Shown here: in pieces, positions 8,826 to 20,981 of the stretch
How positions within the stretch are numbered: position 1 is the first letter of the stretch
How the letters are laid out: each line of letters opens with the position of its first letter
Source: Proteobacteria bacterium UBA664
GTDB taxonomy: Bacteria > Pseudomonadota > Gammaproteobacteria > UBA7966
Direction of reading: 5' to 3'
NCBI GenBank assembly: GCA_002299125.1
Contig: DBNU01000061.1
Coordinates: 514-64,513, forward strand
Length of the DNA stretch: 64,000 bases
Translations under genes and position numbers: made by a program
Notes under the pieces: model-generated
What the model saw: the letters and a program-made list of their open reading frames with translations, nothing else
Database searches by the model: none
What the model was told of the DNA's origin: nothing

Positions 8826-9899
8826 TCAGGCCCCGGCAACGATGGCCGGCGGGGCGAGGGTATCGAGCGGCCAGCGCGGGCGCACCGTGAATCCAGGCCC
8901 GGCGCGCTCCCCGGCAAGCAGGCGGTGATAGCCGGCCAGGGCCACCATGGCGCCGTTGTCGGTGCAGAAGGCGAGCCGGGGGAAGCTCACCTGCACCCCA
9001 TGGGAGTCGGTGAGCCCGGTCAGGCGGCTGCGCAGGCGGCGATTGGCGCTGACGCCGCCCGCCACCACCAGTCGCGCGCAGCCGGTCTCCTCCAGCGCGC
9101 GCCGGGTCTTGCCCAGCAGGGTCTCCACCACCGCCTCCTCGAAGGCGAGGGCGATGTCGTCGCAGCGAGCGGCCAGATCCGCCTCGGCCTGCACACAGGT
9201 GAGGACCGCGGTCTTCAGGCCACTGAAGGAGAAATCCAGTCCGGGCCGATCCAGCATGGGGCGCGGGAAGCGATAGCGACCCGTCGTGCCACGCTGGGCG
9301 GCCGCTTGGATCTGCGGGCCACCGGGATAGCCGAGGCCGAGCAGCTTGGCGGTCTTGTCGAAGGCCTCGCCGGCGGCGTCGTCCAGCGACTCGCCCAGGA
9401 TCTGGTACTGGCCGAGACCTTCCACCGCCACCAGTTGGGTGTGGCCACCACTCACCAAAAGCGCCAGGAAGGGGAAGTCGGGCGGGGCGTCCTCCAGCAG
9501 CGGGGCCAGCAGGTGCGCCTCCAGGTGGTGCACGGCCACCGCGGGCAGGCCCAGGGCCCAGGCCAGGGACTGGGCGAAACCGCAGCCGGTGAGGAGCGCG
9601 CCGGCCAGGCCCGGGCCGGCGGTATAGGCGATGGCGTCCACCTCGGCCAGGGTCAGGCCGGCCTGGCGCAGGCACTCCGCCGTGAGCGGGATGAGGCGAT
9701 AGAGGTGTTCGCGGGAGGCGAGCTCCGGGACCACCCCGCCCCACTGGGCGTGCATGGCGGTCTGGCTGTGCAGGGTGTGGGCGAGGAGGCCCCGCTCGCC
9801 GCAGTAGAGGGCGAGGCCGGTCTCGTCGCAGGAGGTTTCGACGCCGAGCACGCAAGGCCGGCGTGTCGCGGTTGTGGTAGTGCTTGTCGGAGTGCTCAT
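8826..9899 (-). CDS. tsaD: tRNA N6-adenosine threonylcarbamoyltransferase TsaD
   Basis: [15 protein letters not shown]...[10 protein letters not shown]...SGGHTQL are Kae1/TsaD motifs. The start was set at the internal ATG ([10 protein letters not shown]...); the upstream part of the ORF is a non-coding extension. Confidence 0.9.
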   Translation of the reverse strand: MSTPTSTTTTATRRPCVLGVETSCDETGLALYCGERGLLAHTLHSQTAMHAQWGGVVPELASREHLYRLIPLTAECLRQAGLTLAEVDAIAYTAGPGLAGALLTGCGFAQSLAWALGLPAVAVHHLEAHLLAPLLEDAPPDFPFLALLVSGGHTQLVAVEGLGQYQILGESLDDAAGEAFDKTAKLLGLGYPGGPQIQAAAQRGTTGRYRFPRPMLDRPGLDFSFSGLKTAVLTCVQAEADLAARCDDIALAFEEAVVETLLGKTRRALEETGCARLVVAGGVSANRRLRSRLTGLTDSHGVQVSFPRLAFCTDNGAMVALAGYHRLLAGERAGPGFTVRPRWPLDTLAPPAIVAGA

Positions 9900-9977
9900 G
9901 GGCCGCCTAAGATACGCGCCCCTCGCGCTCTGCGCAGGCCCCCTCGCGTCGCGAGTCCACAACCCAGGTAAATCTGC

Positions 9978-10193
9978 ATGCCGAGTGTCAAGGTCCGGGA
10001 AAACGAACCCTTCGATGTCGCCCTGCGCCGCTTCAAGCGTGCTTGCGAAAAGGCCGGTGTGCTGGCCGAGGTCCACCGCCGCGAGTTCTACGAGAAGCCG
10101 ACGCAGGTGCGCAAGCGCAAGGCTGCCGCTGCGGTCAAGCGCTGGCAGAAGAAGCTCTCCCGCACCCAGGTACGGCGCACCCGCACCCACTGA
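9978..10193 (+). CDS. rpsU: 30S ribosomal protein S21
   Basis: [42 protein letters not shown] is a near-canonical S21 sequence. The gene is divergent from tsaD, as in E. coli. Confidence 0.95.
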   Translation: MPSVKVRENEPFDVALRRFKRACEKAGVLAEVHRREFYEKPTQVRKRKAAAAVKRWQKKLSRTQVRRTRTH

Positions 10194-10276
10194 TTGACAT
10201 CCCTTCCCGGCGGCCCCGTGCCCAAGCGCCCCGGCTGGGGTAACTGGCACCCCCCCGGCACCGATCAGGTCAGCGC

Positions 10277-10723
10277 ATGAGCCTCAAGACCCGCATCCAG
10301 GAGGACATCAAGTCCGCCATGAAGGCGCGCGAAGGCGATCGCCTGGGTGCGCTCCGGCTGATCGCTGCTGCCATCAAGCAGCGCGAGGTGGATGAACGCA
10401 TCGACATGCAGGATGCGGATGTCCTCACGGTGCTGGAAAAGATGGTGAAGCAGCGGCGCGAGTCCATCAGCCAGTTCGATGCCGCCGGCCGCCAGGACCT
10501 CGCCGACAAGGAGCGCTTCGAGCTCTCGGTCATCGGGGCCTACCTGCCGGAGCCGCTGGACGCGGCCAGCCTGGCGGCCGAGGTCACGGCCGCCATCGCC
10601 GAGGCTGGTGCCACTTCGGCCCGCGACATGGGTGCGGTGATGGCCCTGCTGCGGCCGCGGCTCCTGGGCCGCGCCGACATGGCGGTGGTGAGCCAGCAGG
10701 TCAAGGCCCTCCTCGCCGGCTGA
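10277..10723 (+). CDS. GatB/YqeY domain-containing protein
   Basis: The 148 aa product has a YqeY-like sequence ([25 protein letters not shown]...) and follows rpsU, as is commonly seen. Confidence 0.85.
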   Translation: MSLKTRIQEDIKSAMKAREGDRLGALRLIAAAIKQREVDERIDMQDADVLTVLEKMVKQRRESISQFDAAGRQDLADKERFELSVIGAYLPEPLDAASLAAEVTAAIAEAGATSARDMGAVMALLRPRLLGRADMAVVSQQVKALLAG

Positions 10724-10752
10724 GTCAAGCAGGCCCGGGGGGGCTTTGAGCC

Positions 10753-11916
10753 TCAACTCCCGGGCCGGGGTGCTGCGGTGCGCCCACCCGCGAGCAGCAC
10801 GACCATCAGCGCAGCGATACTCGCCACGGCCGCCAGGTGGAAGGCCGCCGCCGGCTGCCACGCCTCCCACAACCAGCCACCGCTGACCGTACCCACCGCC
10901 CCGCCGAGTCCGAAGCTCAGGCTGCTGTAGAGCGCCTGCGCGAGCCCGGCGTGCCGGCGCGGCACCGAGTGATGCACCAGCACCACGGCGGTGGCGTGAT
11001 GCACGCCGAAGGTGGCCGCGTGCAGCAACTGCGCCAGGACCAGCAACACCGGCTCCGTCGGGAAACTCGCGATGAGCCACCAGCGCAGTACGCCGCCCCC
11101 GGCACCGATGGCGAGCAGGGTCTCCGGCGCGAGTCGCCGCGCCAGGCGCGGCAGGGCAAGAAACAGCGCCACCTCGGCCATCACGCCCACACTCCAGAGC
11201 GTCGCCACCAGCGGGCTCGGGTAACCGAGGTCCTTCAGGTACACGGTGAAGAAGCCGTAGTAGGGGCCGTGGGCGATCTGCATCAGCACCGAGACGGCCA
11301 GGACCATCAGGTAGCGGCGATTCAGCAGTCGGGGTGGCCGGTCGGTCGTCGCGGCCGCCGTGTGCGGCAGCGTCACCGGCACGCGCAGGAGCAGGGTCGA
11401 GAGGAACGCACCGGCGAGTGTCATGGCCAACAGCAACGGCACCTGCGCCACGTCCTGGATGGCACCGGTCGCCATCACCGCGGCGATGAAGCCGAAGGAG
11501 CCCCCGAGGCGGATGCGCGTGTAACGCTCCGGGCGATCCGCAAGCCCCGCCAGGGTGATCGACTCCACCAGCGGCAGCGAGACACTCCACAGGCAGCCGA
11601 AGATCGTGAGGATGATCGCCTCCCACAGCAGGCCCTCCCCGAGTGGCAGCAGGGTAAAGGCCACCAGCGCCAGGGCACTGGCCACGCGCACGACCAGTAG
11701 ATGCTGACCGCGCAGATCGGCGAGGCGGGCCGAGAGCACAGGGGCGACGATGCGGCCGATGGTGAGGCAGGCGATGAGCCAGCCGATGGTCTCGATGCCG
11801 CGCCCGCGCGCCGCGAGCCAGGCGGGCAGATAGGGTACGGCCACCCCCACCGAGGCGAAATAGCAGAAGTAGAAGGCCGTGAGCGAACCTGTCGGCAGCC
11901 GCTCCGGCGCACTCAT
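10753..11916 (-). CDS. MFS transporter
   Basis: The roughly 388 aa product has 12 predicted hydrophobic segments. The start was set at the internal ATG (MSAPERLPTGSL...) because the upstream part of ORF 10753..12396 overlaps aroC and has Arg/Pro-rich composition. Confidence 0.65.
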   Translation of the reverse strand: MSAPERLPTGSLTAFYFCYFASVGVAVPYLPAWLAARGRGIETIGWLIACLTIGRIVAPVLSARLADLRGQHLLVVRVASALALVAFTLLPLGEGLLWEAIILTIFGCLWSVSLPLVESITLAGLADRPERYTRIRLGGSFGFIAAVMATGAIQDVAQVPLLLAMTLAGAFLSTLLLRVPVTLPHTAAATTDRPPRLLNRRYLMVLAVSVLMQIAHGPYYGFFTVYLKDLGYPSPLVATLWSVGVMAEVALFLALPRLARRLAPETLLAIGAGGGVLRWWLIASFPTEPVLLVLAQLLHAATFGVHHATAVVLVHHSVPRRHAGLAQALYSSLSFGLGGAVGTVSGGWLWEAWQPAAAFHLAAVASIAALMVVLLAGGRTAAPRPGS

Positions 11917-11995
11917 CGCGGGCAGTCTCCAGCGTGGCGCGGACGCGCGCAGAGGATCGTTCGACCCGGGTCGAACAGCAGCCGGGCAGTGATCG

Positions 11996-13108
11996 TCAGC
12001 GCCCGTCGGGGCGGACGGAGGCCGGGATGCGCGGCGTCGGGGATTGGACCTCCCCGCACTGGCCACGATGCCGCAGCCAGTGGTCCAGCAGCACGAGGGC
12101 GAGCATGGCCTCGGCGATGGGCGTAGCGCGGATGCCGACGCAGGGGTCGTGGCGGCCGGTGGTGATGACCTCCGTGGCCGCACCCCGCACGTCGATGCTG
12201 CGACCGGGCAGGCGGATGCTCGAGGTAGGCTTGAGCGCGATCGACACGAGGATGTCCTGACCGGTGGAGATCCCACCCAGCACGCCTCCGGCGTGATTCG
12301 ACAGGAAGCCCTCGGGCGTGATCTCGTCGCGATGCTCAGTGCCATGTTGTGCGACGGCGTCGAAACCGGCGCCAATCGCCACCGCCTTGACCGCATTGAT
12401 GCCCATCATCGCGCTGGCAATCTCGGCGTCGAGCCGCCCGAAGACCGGCTCACCGAGCCCCACCGGCACCCCGCTCGCGACGACCGACACCCGCGCACCC
12501 ACGGACTCGCCGCTCTTGCGCAAGGCATCCATGAAGGCCTCGAGCTCTGGCACGCGGGCAGGTTCGGCGCAAAAAAAGGGATTCCCCGCCACCGCCGACC
12601 AGTCCTCGAGGGCCAGTACGTGCGGCCCGAGCTGGCTCAGGTAGCCGCGCACCTCGATGCCGAGACGCTCACGCAGGTATTTCTTTGCGATGCCGCCGGC
12701 TGCCACCCGCATGCAGGTCTCGCGGGCCGAGGCGCGGCCGCCACCGCGCGGATCGCGGATGCCGTACTTCTGCTGGTAGGTGTAGTCGGCATGACCGGGG
12801 CGGAAGGTCTCGCTGATCTTCGCGTAGTCCTTCGAACGCTGGTCGGTGTTCTCGATGAGGAGCCCGATGGGTGTGCCGGTGGTGAGCCCCTCGTACACGC
12901 CGGAGAGGATGCGCACGCGGTCCTCCTCCTGGCGCTGGGTGGTATGGCGCGAGGTGCCGGGCTTGCGCCGATCAAGGTCGTGTTGCAGATCCGCCTCGGT
13001 GAGCGGCAATCCCGGCGGGCAGCCATCCACGATCCCGACATAGGCCGGGCCGTGACTCTCGCCGGCCGTGGTCAGGGTGAAGGCGCGGCCGAAGGTGTTT
13101 CCAGACAT
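11996..13108 (-). CDS. aroC: chorismate synthase
   Basis: [36 protein letters not shown]...[14 protein letters not shown] match AroC motifs. The start was set at the internal ATG. Confidence 0.9.
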   Translation of the reverse strand: MSGNTFGRAFTLTTAGESHGPAYVGIVDGCPPGLPLTEADLQHDLDRRKPGTSRHTTQRQEEDRVRILSGVYEGLTTGTPIGLLIENTDQRSKDYAKISETFRPGHADYTYQQKYGIRDPRGGGRASARETCMRVAAGGIAKKYLRERLGIEVRGYLSQLGPHVLALEDWSAVAGNPFFCAEPARVPELEAFMDALRKSGESVGARVSVVASGVPVGLGEPVFGRLDAEIASAMMGINAVKAVAIGAGFDAVAQHGTEHRDEITPEGFLSNHAGGVLGGISTGQDILVSIALKPTSSIRLPGRSIDVRGAATEVITTGRHDPCVGIRATPIAEAMLALVLLDHWLRHRGQCGEVQSPTPRIPASVRPDGR

Positions 13109-13286
13109 GGGGGCTTCCGGGGCATGGTGGGTGGAGCGGTGATGATCGATGGCGGTGGCGTCACGCCGACGGCCAGCGGTCGTGCCATCCGCGCGGGGCG
13201 AACCAGCCGGCAGGCCACGGATGCTACCCCGACTGGCAGACCCTGTGTGATCGAGCGACCACCCGCAGGCACACCCTGCCCGTGGC

Positions 13287-14207
13287 TCAGCCTGCTCCCA
13301 GACGGGCGAGGGCCGCGGCCTCCAGCACGAACACCCCGTCACCACCGTTCTCGAACTCCACCCAGGTGACCGGCAGCCGCGGATAGCGGGCCTCGAAGCG
13401 ATCCATGCCGTCGCCCACCTCGCAGACCAGCAGGCCGCCCGCGGCCAGGCGCGTACGGCACTGATGCAGCAGACTATCGACCAGCGTGAGCCCATCCGCG
13501 CCACCGCCGTCGAGAGCAAGCCGGGGCTCGTGCCGGTACTCGGCCGGCAGATCATCCAGCTCGGTCGCCGGCACATAAGGCAGGTTGGCGACGACCACGT
13601 CCAGCCGCAGGCCTTCCGGCAGGGGATTCAGCAGATCGCCCTGCAGCAGCGTCACCTGGTTGGCGACGCCATGGCGCGCCACATTGCGCGCCGCCACCAC
13701 CAGCGCCTCCGGGGAGACATCCGTAGCAAACACGCGCACATCGGGCATGGCCAGCGCCGTCGCGATGGCGATGCAGCCAGAGCCGGTGCCCACATCCGCC
13801 ACGCTCCGCACGCGCTCCGGGTCGATCCAGGGATGGAAGCCCGCCTCGATGAGTTCACTCACCGGCGAGCGCGGGATGAGCGTGTGTCCGTTCACCTCGA
13901 AGGGCAGACCGCAGAACCAGGCCTCGCCGAACAGATAGGCCACCGGCAGACGTTCGCGGATGCGCCGCTCGGCCATGGCCTCGATGGCCTGCCGCTCGGC
14001 GGGGGTCACGTCGTGTTCACGCCAATCGCGATCGAAGGGTAGCCCGAGCGTGGCGAGTGCCAGATACCAGGCCTCGTCCTCGGCGTTGTCCGTGCCGTGC
14101 CCGTAGTGGAGTGACGCGGCCCGGAAACGGGCCACGAGCCCAAGCACCAGCTCCTCGAGGCGCAGGTGCGCGGCACGCGGGGTCGAATCGCCGCCGGGAT
14201 CGCTCAT
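13287..14207 (-). CDS. prmB: 50S ribosomal protein L3 N5-glutamine methyltransferase
   Basis: [11 protein letters not shown]...NLPYV (NPPY-like motif) matches the HemK/PrmB family. It is adjacent to aroC, as the E. coli prmB-aroC operon is. Confidence 0.8.
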   Translation of the reverse strand: MSDPGGDSTPRAAHLRLEELVLGLVARFRAASLHYGHGTDNAEDEAWYLALATLGLPFDRDWREHDVTPAERQAIEAMAERRIRERLPVAYLFGEAWFCGLPFEVNGHTLIPRSPVSELIEAGFHPWIDPERVRSVADVGTGSGCIAIATALAMPDVRVFATDVSPEALVVAARNVARHGVANQVTLLQGDLLNPLPEGLRLDVVVANLPYVPATELDDLPAEYRHEPRLALDGGGADGLTLVDSLLHQCRTRLAAGGLLVCEVGDGMDRFEARYPRLPVTWVEFENGGDGVFVLEAAALARLGAG

Positions 14208-15841
14208 ACAAGGGCCGCGGGGCGGTTGCCGCCATAGCCCGGGATGCGCGACTCGTCCACCGCATCGATCTGCGCCGGATCGAGGAAACGCTCCGCATAG
14301 CGCAGGTAGACCTTCTGGCCGATGAAGACATCGAAGAGATCCGCATCCACGTGATTGGCGAGCCGCATGCCGCCCAGGATCTCGAGCGAACGCGATAGCG
14401 GCAGAGGCTGCTTGTAGGGGCGGTCGGGCGCGGTGAGGGCCTCGAAGATATCGGCGATGGCCATCATGCGCGCGGGAATGGACATCTGCTCACGGGTGAG
14501 CTGGTTCGGATAGCCGCTGCCATCCATGCGCTCGTGATGACCGCCAGCATATTCGGGCACTCGCCGCAGATGCCGAGGATAGGGCAGGGATTCCAGCATC
14601 TTGATGGTGACCACCACGTGATTGTTGATGATGCAACGCTCGGCATCGTTCAAGGTGCCGCGAGCGATGAGCAGATTGCCGAGTTCTTCTTCACTGAGCA
14701 GACCCTGGGTGCTGCCATCGGCGGCAGTCCATGCCAACGCCGCGAGTTCCCGCAAGCGCGTGGCATCCGCCGCGTCGAGGTGCTCACCACCCTGATTGAT
14801 CCGCTCGAGGAAGGCCCCCATCTCCGCAAGTCGGGCATCCTCCGCAGCCAAGGTGGCCCGATCAGCAGGCTCGCTCCCGGGGTCGATCGCCGCGAGACGT
14901 GCCTCGAGGAGCCTGATGTGGATGTCACGCCGCAGGATTTCGAGCCGGAGTCGAACCAGTTCCACCCGGTCGAAGATGGTTTGGAGCTTGGTCGCCTTGT
15001 CCACCACATACTCGGGCGTCGTGATCTTGCCGCAGTCGTGCAGCCAGGCCGCAACATTGAGCTCGTAGCGTTCGTCCTCGGTCATGCTGAAGTTGGCCAG
15101 CGGCCCATCCCGCACCTGGCAGGCGGCCTCGGCGAGCAGATCCGTGAGCACGGGTACTCGCCGGCAATGCCCGGCCGTGTAAGGAGATTTTTCGTCGACC
15201 GCATTGGCGATGAGCTGAATGAGCGCGTCGAAGAGCTTGCGCTGGGCATCGATGAGCTGCTTGTTGCTGAGCGCGACCGCAGCCAGCGAGGCCAGGGCCT
15301 CGATGAGCCGCGTGAGTGTCGCGTCGAAGGGCACGACCGCACCCGTCTCCCGATCGAGCGCATTCAGCAGTTGCAAAACACCGATTACCACGCCCTCATG
15401 GTTGGTCATCGGCACGGTCAGAAAGGAACGGGAGCGATAACCCGTGCGAGTATCGAAGCTGCGAGTGCCGGAGAAATCGAATTCCTCGTTGGCGTAGACA
15501 TCGGGCACGTTGATGGTCGCCCGCAGGTTGGCGGCTCGGGCCGCCACATGGTGCAGATTGGGCACTCCCGCCGCATCGCTGAGCCGCACATGCGGCAGAT
15601 CGATGGGCGCACCGTCCACTCCGCCAAGTCTTATTCCCAGCGAGTTGGTGTGCATGATCTCGAAGCGAAGCTGACCGGAGCCGTCCTCGAGATAGAGCGT
15701 GCCGGCATCCGCGCCTGCGAGTCGCTGCGCCTCGTCCAGGATGAGTTCGAGCAGACGGTCGTGATTGCGCTCGGCCGAGAGCGCAATCCCGATCCGCACC
15801 AGGTCCTCGATCAGGCGATAGGGGTCATTCGTTCCGGTCAT
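14204..15841 (-). CDS. GAF domain / HD-GYP domain cyclic-di-GMP phosphodiesterase
   Basis: An N-terminal GAF-like region is followed by HD (HDCGK) and GYP (HHERMDGSGYP) motifs. The start was set at MTGTNDPYRL. It overlaps prmB by 4 nt. Confidence 0.8.
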   Translation of the reverse strand: MTGTNDPYRLIEDLVRIGIALSAERNHDRLLELILDEAQRLAGADAGTLYLEDGSGQLRFEIMHTNSLGIRLGGVDGAPIDLPHVRLSDAAGVPNLHHVAARAANLRATINVPDVYANEEFDFSGTRSFDTRTGYRSRSFLTVPMTNHEGVVIGVLQLLNALDRETGAVVPFDATLTRLIEALASLAAVALSNKQLIDAQRKLFDALIQLIANAVDEKSPYTAGHCRRVPVLTDLLAEAACQVRDGPLANFSMTEDERYELNVAAWLHDCGKITTPEYVVDKATKLQTIFDRVELVRLRLEILRRDIHIRLLEARLAAIDPGSEPADRATLAAEDARLAEMGAFLERINQGGEHLDAADATRLRELAALAWTAADGSTQGLLSEEELGNLLIARGTLNDAERCIINNHVVVTIKMLESLPYPRHLRRVPEYAGGHHERMDGSGYPNQLTREQMSIPARMMAIADIFEALTAPDRPYKQPLPLSRSLEILGGMRLANHVDADLFDVFIGQKVYLRYAERFLDPAQIDAVDESRIPGYGGNRPAALV

Positions 15842-15999
15842 CCGTGACTCCTCAGGCCGCATGCTCTGCTTCCGTTGGCTGGCCCGTCAGTGCCACGAGT
15901 GAACGAGGCCTGGCAGGCTGGATCCTGCGCCAGCCAGCGGTCGATTCAAGCCCCATCGGAGGTCTTCCCCCCAACCTCGCTGGTCGCAAGCGCCTGCTC

Positions 16000-17937
16000 T
16001 CATCCGGGCCCGGACTCCAGCCGCACTCCCGCAGGCAGAGGGACCTCGCTGTGCGTAGTGGCACCGTTGGCCGCGGCCCGCAGGGCGACGCGGTTCAGCA
16101 CTTCCACGAAGCGCGCCGGCTCCGCCAGCCGACCGCTTTCGACCAGCTCGGCCTGGGCCAGCAGCAGCTCCGCACCATCGGCCAGCGGGGCGTCGGTGAG
16201 GGCGGCAAGTGCCACCAGCAACGGATGCGCGAGATTCACTTCGAGCACCCGGGGTTGCTTCGGCGGGGCCTCGCCAGAGGCGGCGAGCAGCCGCTGCATG
16301 CGCGCCGTGAGGGCACCATCCGCCGCCACCAGACAACTGGGGGAGTTCGTCAGACGGGCACTCGGACGTACCTCCACCACGCGCCCGCCGAGGGCCGCCT
16401 TGAGCCGCGCGCAGAGCGCTGCGTCCACGACCTCGGCCGCTGGATCGCCGCCCGGCGCATCGGCGGCCTGTGGCAAGGCCTGGACATCGAGGTCCTCGGC
16501 GGCCACCGACACCAGCGGCAGGTCGCGGAACTCGCGCAGATGCATGACCAGCCAGTCGTCGATGGGCTCGGCGAGCAGCAACACCTCGATGCCGCGGGCG
16601 GCGAAGATCTCGAGCTGCGGATTGGCCCGCGCCGCCGTGATGCCCTCGCCGGTGACGTAATAGATGGCCTTCTGACCCTCGGGCGCACGTTCCAGGTACG
16701 TGGCGAGACTCACCTGCCCCTCGGGCTCGCGGGTGGTACTGAAGCGCAGCAGCCCCGCCAGAGTTTCGCGCTCGCCGGCGTCCTCGATGATGCCTTCCTT
16801 CAACAGGGCACCGAAGGTCTTCCAGAAGGCCGGATAGCGATCATCGCCTGCCATCTCGCCGAGCAGCGTGAGCACACGCCGCGTCGCTGCCGTACGGATC
16901 TGGTCCAGCAGGCGATGGTTCTGCAGGGTCTCACGCGATACGTTGAGTGGCAGATCGTCGGTATCGATGATGCCGCGCACGAAGCGCAACCAGCGCGGCA
17001 GCAGCCGCTCGGCATCATCGGTGATGAACACGCGCTTCACGTAGAGCTTCACACCACCCCGCGTATCACGGTCCCACAGGCCGAAGGGTGCACGCTTCGG
17101 GATGTAGAGCAACAGACGGTACTCGAGTCGGCCCTCGACCTGGGCATGTACCCACGCCGCCGGTTCCTCCCAGTCGTGGGCGAGGTGCTGGTAGAAGTCG
17201 CGGTACTCCGCGTCCGTCACCTCGGTCTTGCGCCGCAACCAAAGCGCGTCCGCGCGGTTTACGCGCTCTGGCGGGCCATCGCCCTTCTCACCTGAGGGTA
17301 ACAACACGGGCAAGGGCAGATGATCAGAATGCTGCTGCACCATGTGGCGTAGCCGGGCAACCTCCAGATACTCGGATGCGTCCTCGCGCAGATGCAGGAT
17401 GATCTCGGTCCCGCGCCGCTTCACCCGCGCGCCTTCCACGGTGAACTCGCCGCGGCCGTCCGATTCCCAGCGCACGCCCTCGTCCTCGGCGAGTCCGGCC
17501 CGACGGCTGTAGACCACCACCCTCTCCGCCACCATGAAGGCCGCGTAGAAGCCCACGCCGAACTGACCGATGAGGGCGCTGTCACGCTGCCGTTCGCCGG
17601 AGAGTCGGTTGAGAAACTCGCGCGTGCCGGAGTGGGCGATCGTGCCCAGGCAGCGGGTCACCTCGTCGCGGGACATGCCGATGCCGTTGTCACGCACCGT
17701 GAGCGTGCGCTGGGCCGCAGAGATCTCGAGCTCCACCCGCAGTTCAGACTCCCCCTCCAGCAGCGCTTCGTCGCCGAGGGCGTCGAAACGCAGCTTGTCG
17801 CAGGCATCGGCCGCGTTGGAGAGCAGTTCCCGCAGGAACACCTCCCGGTCCTGGTAGAGCGAGTGCACGACCAGGTCGAGCACCTGTGAGACGTCGGATT
17901 CGAAGTGCTGGGTGGATCGGTTGAGTTCTACCGTCAT
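16000..17937 (-). CDS. htpG: molecular chaperone HtpG (Hsp90)
   Basis: LLSNAADACDKLRF...NGIGMSRDEV...GQFGVGFYAAFMVAERV are HATPase/Hsp90 motifs. The start is at the internal ATG (MTVELNRSTQ); the remaining 5' part of the 1110 aa ORF is antisense to mutS. Confidence 0.9.
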   Translation of the reverse strand: MTVELNRSTQHFESDVSQVLDLVVHSLYQDREVFLRELLSNAADACDKLRFDALGDEALLEGESELRVELEISAAQRTLTVRDNGIGMSRDEVTRCLGTIAHSGTREFLNRLSGERQRDSALIGQFGVGFYAAFMVAERVVVYSRRAGLAEDEGVRWESDGRGEFTVEGARVKRRGTEIILHLREDASEYLEVARLRHMVQQHSDHLPLPVLLPSGEKGDGPPERVNRADALWLRRKTEVTDAEYRDFYQHLAHDWEEPAAWVHAQVEGRLEYRLLLYIPKRAPFGLWDRDTRGGVKLYVKRVFITDDAERLLPRWLRFVRGIIDTDDLPLNVSRETLQNHRLLDQIRTAATRRVLTLLGEMAGDDRYPAFWKTFGALLKEGIIEDAGERETLAGLLRFSTTREPEGQVSLATYLERAPEGQKAIYYVTGEGITAARANPQLEIFAARGIEVLLLAEPIDDWLVMHLREFRDLPLVSVAAEDLDVQALPQAADAPGGDPAAEVVDAALCARLKAALGGRVVEVRPSARLTNSPSCLVAADGALTARMQRLLAASGEAPPKQPRVLEVNLAHPLLVALAALTDAPLADGAELLLAQAELVESGRLAEPARFVEVLNRVALRAAANGATTHSEVPLPAGVRLESGPG

Positions 17938-18117
17938 GGCGTGTCCTGCCTGAGTATCACGATTCAAATTGGAGTGGCCGCGTCCCGGCAGCCGATCGGC
18001 AACGCACGAATGGGCGCGGGCAGCGCCGAAGGATAGCGGAGTCGGCCGCTGCAGCAGGGGGAACGCGCAGCGCCACCCGCATGCGCCGGGTCCCGGCTGG
18101 GGGGTACCATCGCACAC

Positions 18118-20763
18118 ATGTCGCTTCACGCTCCGGACCCACCACCCGTCCACGACCCGGTTGGGAAGTCCGCCCACACGCCGATGATGCAGCAGTACCT
18201 GGCCATGAAGGCCGAATATCCGGACTGGCTGCTCTTCTACCGGATGGGCGACTTCTACGAACTGTTCTTCGAGGACGCGGCCCGGGCCGCGCGGCTGCTC
18301 GGCATCACCCTCACTACCCGCGGGGCCTCTGCCGGGGCGCCCATTCCGATGGCGGGGGTACCGGCCCATGCCGCCGATGGTTATCTCGCCCGACTCATCG
18401 AGTTGGGCGAGCCGGTGGTGGTCTGCGAGCAGGTGGGCGAGCCGGATGGGCGCGGCCCGGTCGAGCGGCGCATCACCCGGATCGTCACGCCCGGCACCCT
18501 CACCGATGACACCCTCCTCGATGCCCTGAGCGACCGCCCGTTGGCGGCACTCTGGCCCGTGGGGTCGCGCGCCGGTCTGGCGGTGCTCGATCTGGCGGCC
18601 GGGAGACTCAGCGCGCGCGAATGTGCCGACGGCGAGGCGCTGGAGACCGAGCTTGCACGGCTGCGGCCGGCCGAGATCCTGTTGCCGGAGAGTGCCCCCG
18701 ACGAAATGCTCTCGGCCTTGGCGCCTGGCGACGTGGCCCGGCGCCTGCGGCGGCGGGAATCCTTTGACGGCACCGACGCCCGGCGCGCCCTCGAACTGCA
18801 GTTCGGCACGGCCGAGGCCGCCCTGCTCGGCCTTGGCGACCGTCCGCTGGCGCTGGCGGCCGCCGCAGCGGCGCTCGCTTACGCGCAGGAGACCCAGCGC
18901 GGGCGCTTGCCCCACATCGAACATCTCGAGGCCGCGGCTGACGAGTCGCTGCTCGTCCTCGATGCCCAGGCGCGTCGCCAGCTCGAAGTGGATACGGCGC
19001 TCGTCGCAACGACCGGGCACTCGCTCTTCGCCGTACTCGACATCACCCGCACGGCGGCCGGTGCGCGCTGCCTGCGCCGCTGGCTGGCGCGGCCAACGCG
19101 CTCGCTGGAGGAACTCGCCCGCCGCCAGGACGCCATCGCCTGGCTGCTTGACACAGCGAATCTCGCCACGCTCACGGCCGAAGTGGCGGCGGTGGTGGAC
19201 CTCGAGCGCATCGTCACCCGGGTCTCCCTGCTGAGCGCTCGCCCGCGTGACCTCTACCGGCTGCGGACCGGCCTGCGTGCGCTCGCGCGCGTGGCCGCTG
19301 CTCTGCCCGTGCGTGGACTGCCCGGTGACCATCCCCTGGCAACACTCGCCGCCGCGCTGCCCCCGCCCGCGGCACTCAGCGAGCTGCTGGAACGTGCCAT
19401 TGGCGAGGGCCAGGTCGAACCATCATTCGAAACCGGTTTCTTCGCCACGGGCTTCGATGCCGAACTCGATCGCTTGCGCCTGCTTGCCTTCGACTCCGAC
19501 CAGGCCCTGCGGGCCCTGGAGGCCGCGGAGCGCGAACGCACCGGCATCGCCACGCTGCGGGTCGGCTACAACCGGGTGCACGGTTATTACATCGAACTGC
19601 CGCGCCGTCTGGCTGAGCGCGTGCCGGCACATTATCACCGCCGCCAGACGCTCAAACAGACCGAGCGCTACGCAACCCCCGAACTCGCAGAGTTCGAAAG
19701 TCGCGCACTCGCCGCCGGCGCCGGAGCACGGGCGCGCGAACGCACACTTTATCGCGGCCTGCTCGAAGCCGTCGACGCCGAACGTGCCGCCCTGCGCCGG
19801 GCGGCCGCGGCCAGCGCCGAACTCGACGTGCTGCTCGCCCTCACCGACCGCGCCCGTACCTTCGGCTGGACCCGGCCCACCTTCAGCGACCGGCCCGGGA
19901 TCCGCATCCGCGCGGGCCGTCATCCGGTGGTCGAGGCCGCCGGCGGTCACCCCTTCGTGCCCAACGATCTCGAGATCGGCTGCGAACAGCGGCTGCTGGT
20001 GCTGACCGGCCCGAACATGGGCGGCAAGTCCACCTACCTGCGCCAGGCGGGACTCATCGTGCTGCTCGCCCACATCGGCAGTTTCGTCCCCGCCACCGCC
20101 GCCACGATCGGTCCCGTGGACCGTATCTTCACCCGCATCGGCGCGGCCGACGACATCGCGGGTGGGCGCTCCACCTTCATGGTCGAGATGCACGAGAGCG
20201 CGCGGTTCCTGCGTCTCGCCGGTCCGGAGAGTCTGGTGCTGGTGGACGAGATCGGTCGCGGCACGAGCACCGCTGATGGCCTCGCGCTCGCGTGGGCGAT
20301 CGCCGAGCATCTGGCCCTGCACAACCGCGCCCTCGCCATCCTCTCCACGCACTATCTGGAGCTGACGGCGCTGGCCGACGCCCATCCGGCCATCTTGAAC
20401 CTGTGCACCGAGGTACTCGAGGATGGGGCGGAGGTGGTCTTCACCCATCGCGTGCTGCCCGGCGCTGCCGATCGCAGCCACGGTGTGCTGGTGGCGCGGC
20501 GCGCGGGCCTGCCGATGGCGGTCATCGAGCGCGCCTGCGACCGCCTCAGGCTGCACGAGGCGAGCACGGTGCCGTCACGGCCGGATGCGCCCGCACCAGG
20601 AACTGCGAAGGAGACTGAGGCGGCAACCACGGGATGGCTGGAAGCCGTGCATGCCCGGTTGCTCGCCATCGAGCCTGATCGCTGCGCCCCGCGCGATGCG
20701 CTGGCACTGCTCTACGATCTACACGCCATCATGCAGGGACGGGTACCGCCGTCAGAGGGCTGA
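18118..20763 (+). CDS. mutS: DNA mismatch repair protein MutS
   Basis: [35 protein letters not shown] matches the MutS N-terminus and is followed by the Walker [10 protein letters not shown]. It is divergent from htpG. Confidence 0.9.
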   Translation: MSLHAPDPPPVHDPVGKSAHTPMMQQYLAMKAEYPDWLLFYRMGDFYELFFEDAARAARLLGITLTTRGASAGAPIPMAGVPAHAADGYLARLIELGEPVVVCEQVGEPDGRGPVERRITRIVTPGTLTDDTLLDALSDRPLAALWPVGSRAGLAVLDLAAGRLSARECADGEALETELARLRPAEILLPESAPDEMLSALAPGDVARRLRRRESFDGTDARRALELQFGTAEAALLGLGDRPLALAAAAAALAYAQETQRGRLPHIEHLEAAADESLLVLDAQARRQLEVDTALVATTGHSLFAVLDITRTAAGARCLRRWLARPTRSLEELARRQDAIAWLLDTANLATLTAEVAAVVDLERIVTRVSLLSARPRDLYRLRTGLRALARVAAALPVRGLPGDHPLATLAAALPPPAALSELLERAIGEGQVEPSFETGFFATGFDAELDRLRLLAFDSDQALRALEAAERERTGIATLRVGYNRVHGYYIELPRRLAERVPAHYHRRQTLKQTERYATPELAEFESRALAAGAGARARERTLYRGLLEAVDAERAALRRAAAASAELDVLLALTDRARTFGWTRPTFSDRPGIRIRAGRHPVVEAAGGHPFVPNDLEIGCEQRLLVLTGPNMGGKSTYLRQAGLIVLLAHIGSFVPATAATIGPVDRIFTRIGAADDIAGGRSTFMVEMHESARFLRLAGPESLVLVDEIGRGTSTADGLALAWAIAEHLALHNRALAILSTHYLELTALADAHPAILNLCTEVLEDGAEVVFTHRVLPGAADRSHGVLVARRAGLPMAVIERACDRLRLHEASTVPSRPDAPAPGTAKETEAATTGWLEAVHARLLAIEPDRCAPRDALALLYDLHAIMQGRVPPSEG

Positions 20764-20981
20764 GCGGGTTCACCGCCCCGGCGGAACTCGTGTACCACAA
20801 CGCGCGCGAGGGCCGGATGACCCGGGGTTCCGGGGCGGGCGGCGAGGAGCGGGTCGTGAGTCTCCCTGGCACGCCCGTGCCAAGGCTGCGGCCATGACGT
20901 ATGATTACCAACCGGTGTTGGCGTGGGTCATCCACACACGCCGCCTTTCACGTTTTCCTGAACCAACGAGATTCCGCTGCC

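Noticed and set aside
8684-8917. 77 aa minus-strand ORF between the antitoxin gene and tsaD
   Set aside because: It overlaps the 3' end of tsaD in another frame and has Arg/Pro-rich composition. The region more likely holds the TA promoter and tsaD terminator.
17938-19332. 5' portion of the 1110 aa minus-strand ORF upstream of htpG
   Set aside because: It is antisense to mutS. HtpG homology begins only at the internal ATG at 17937.
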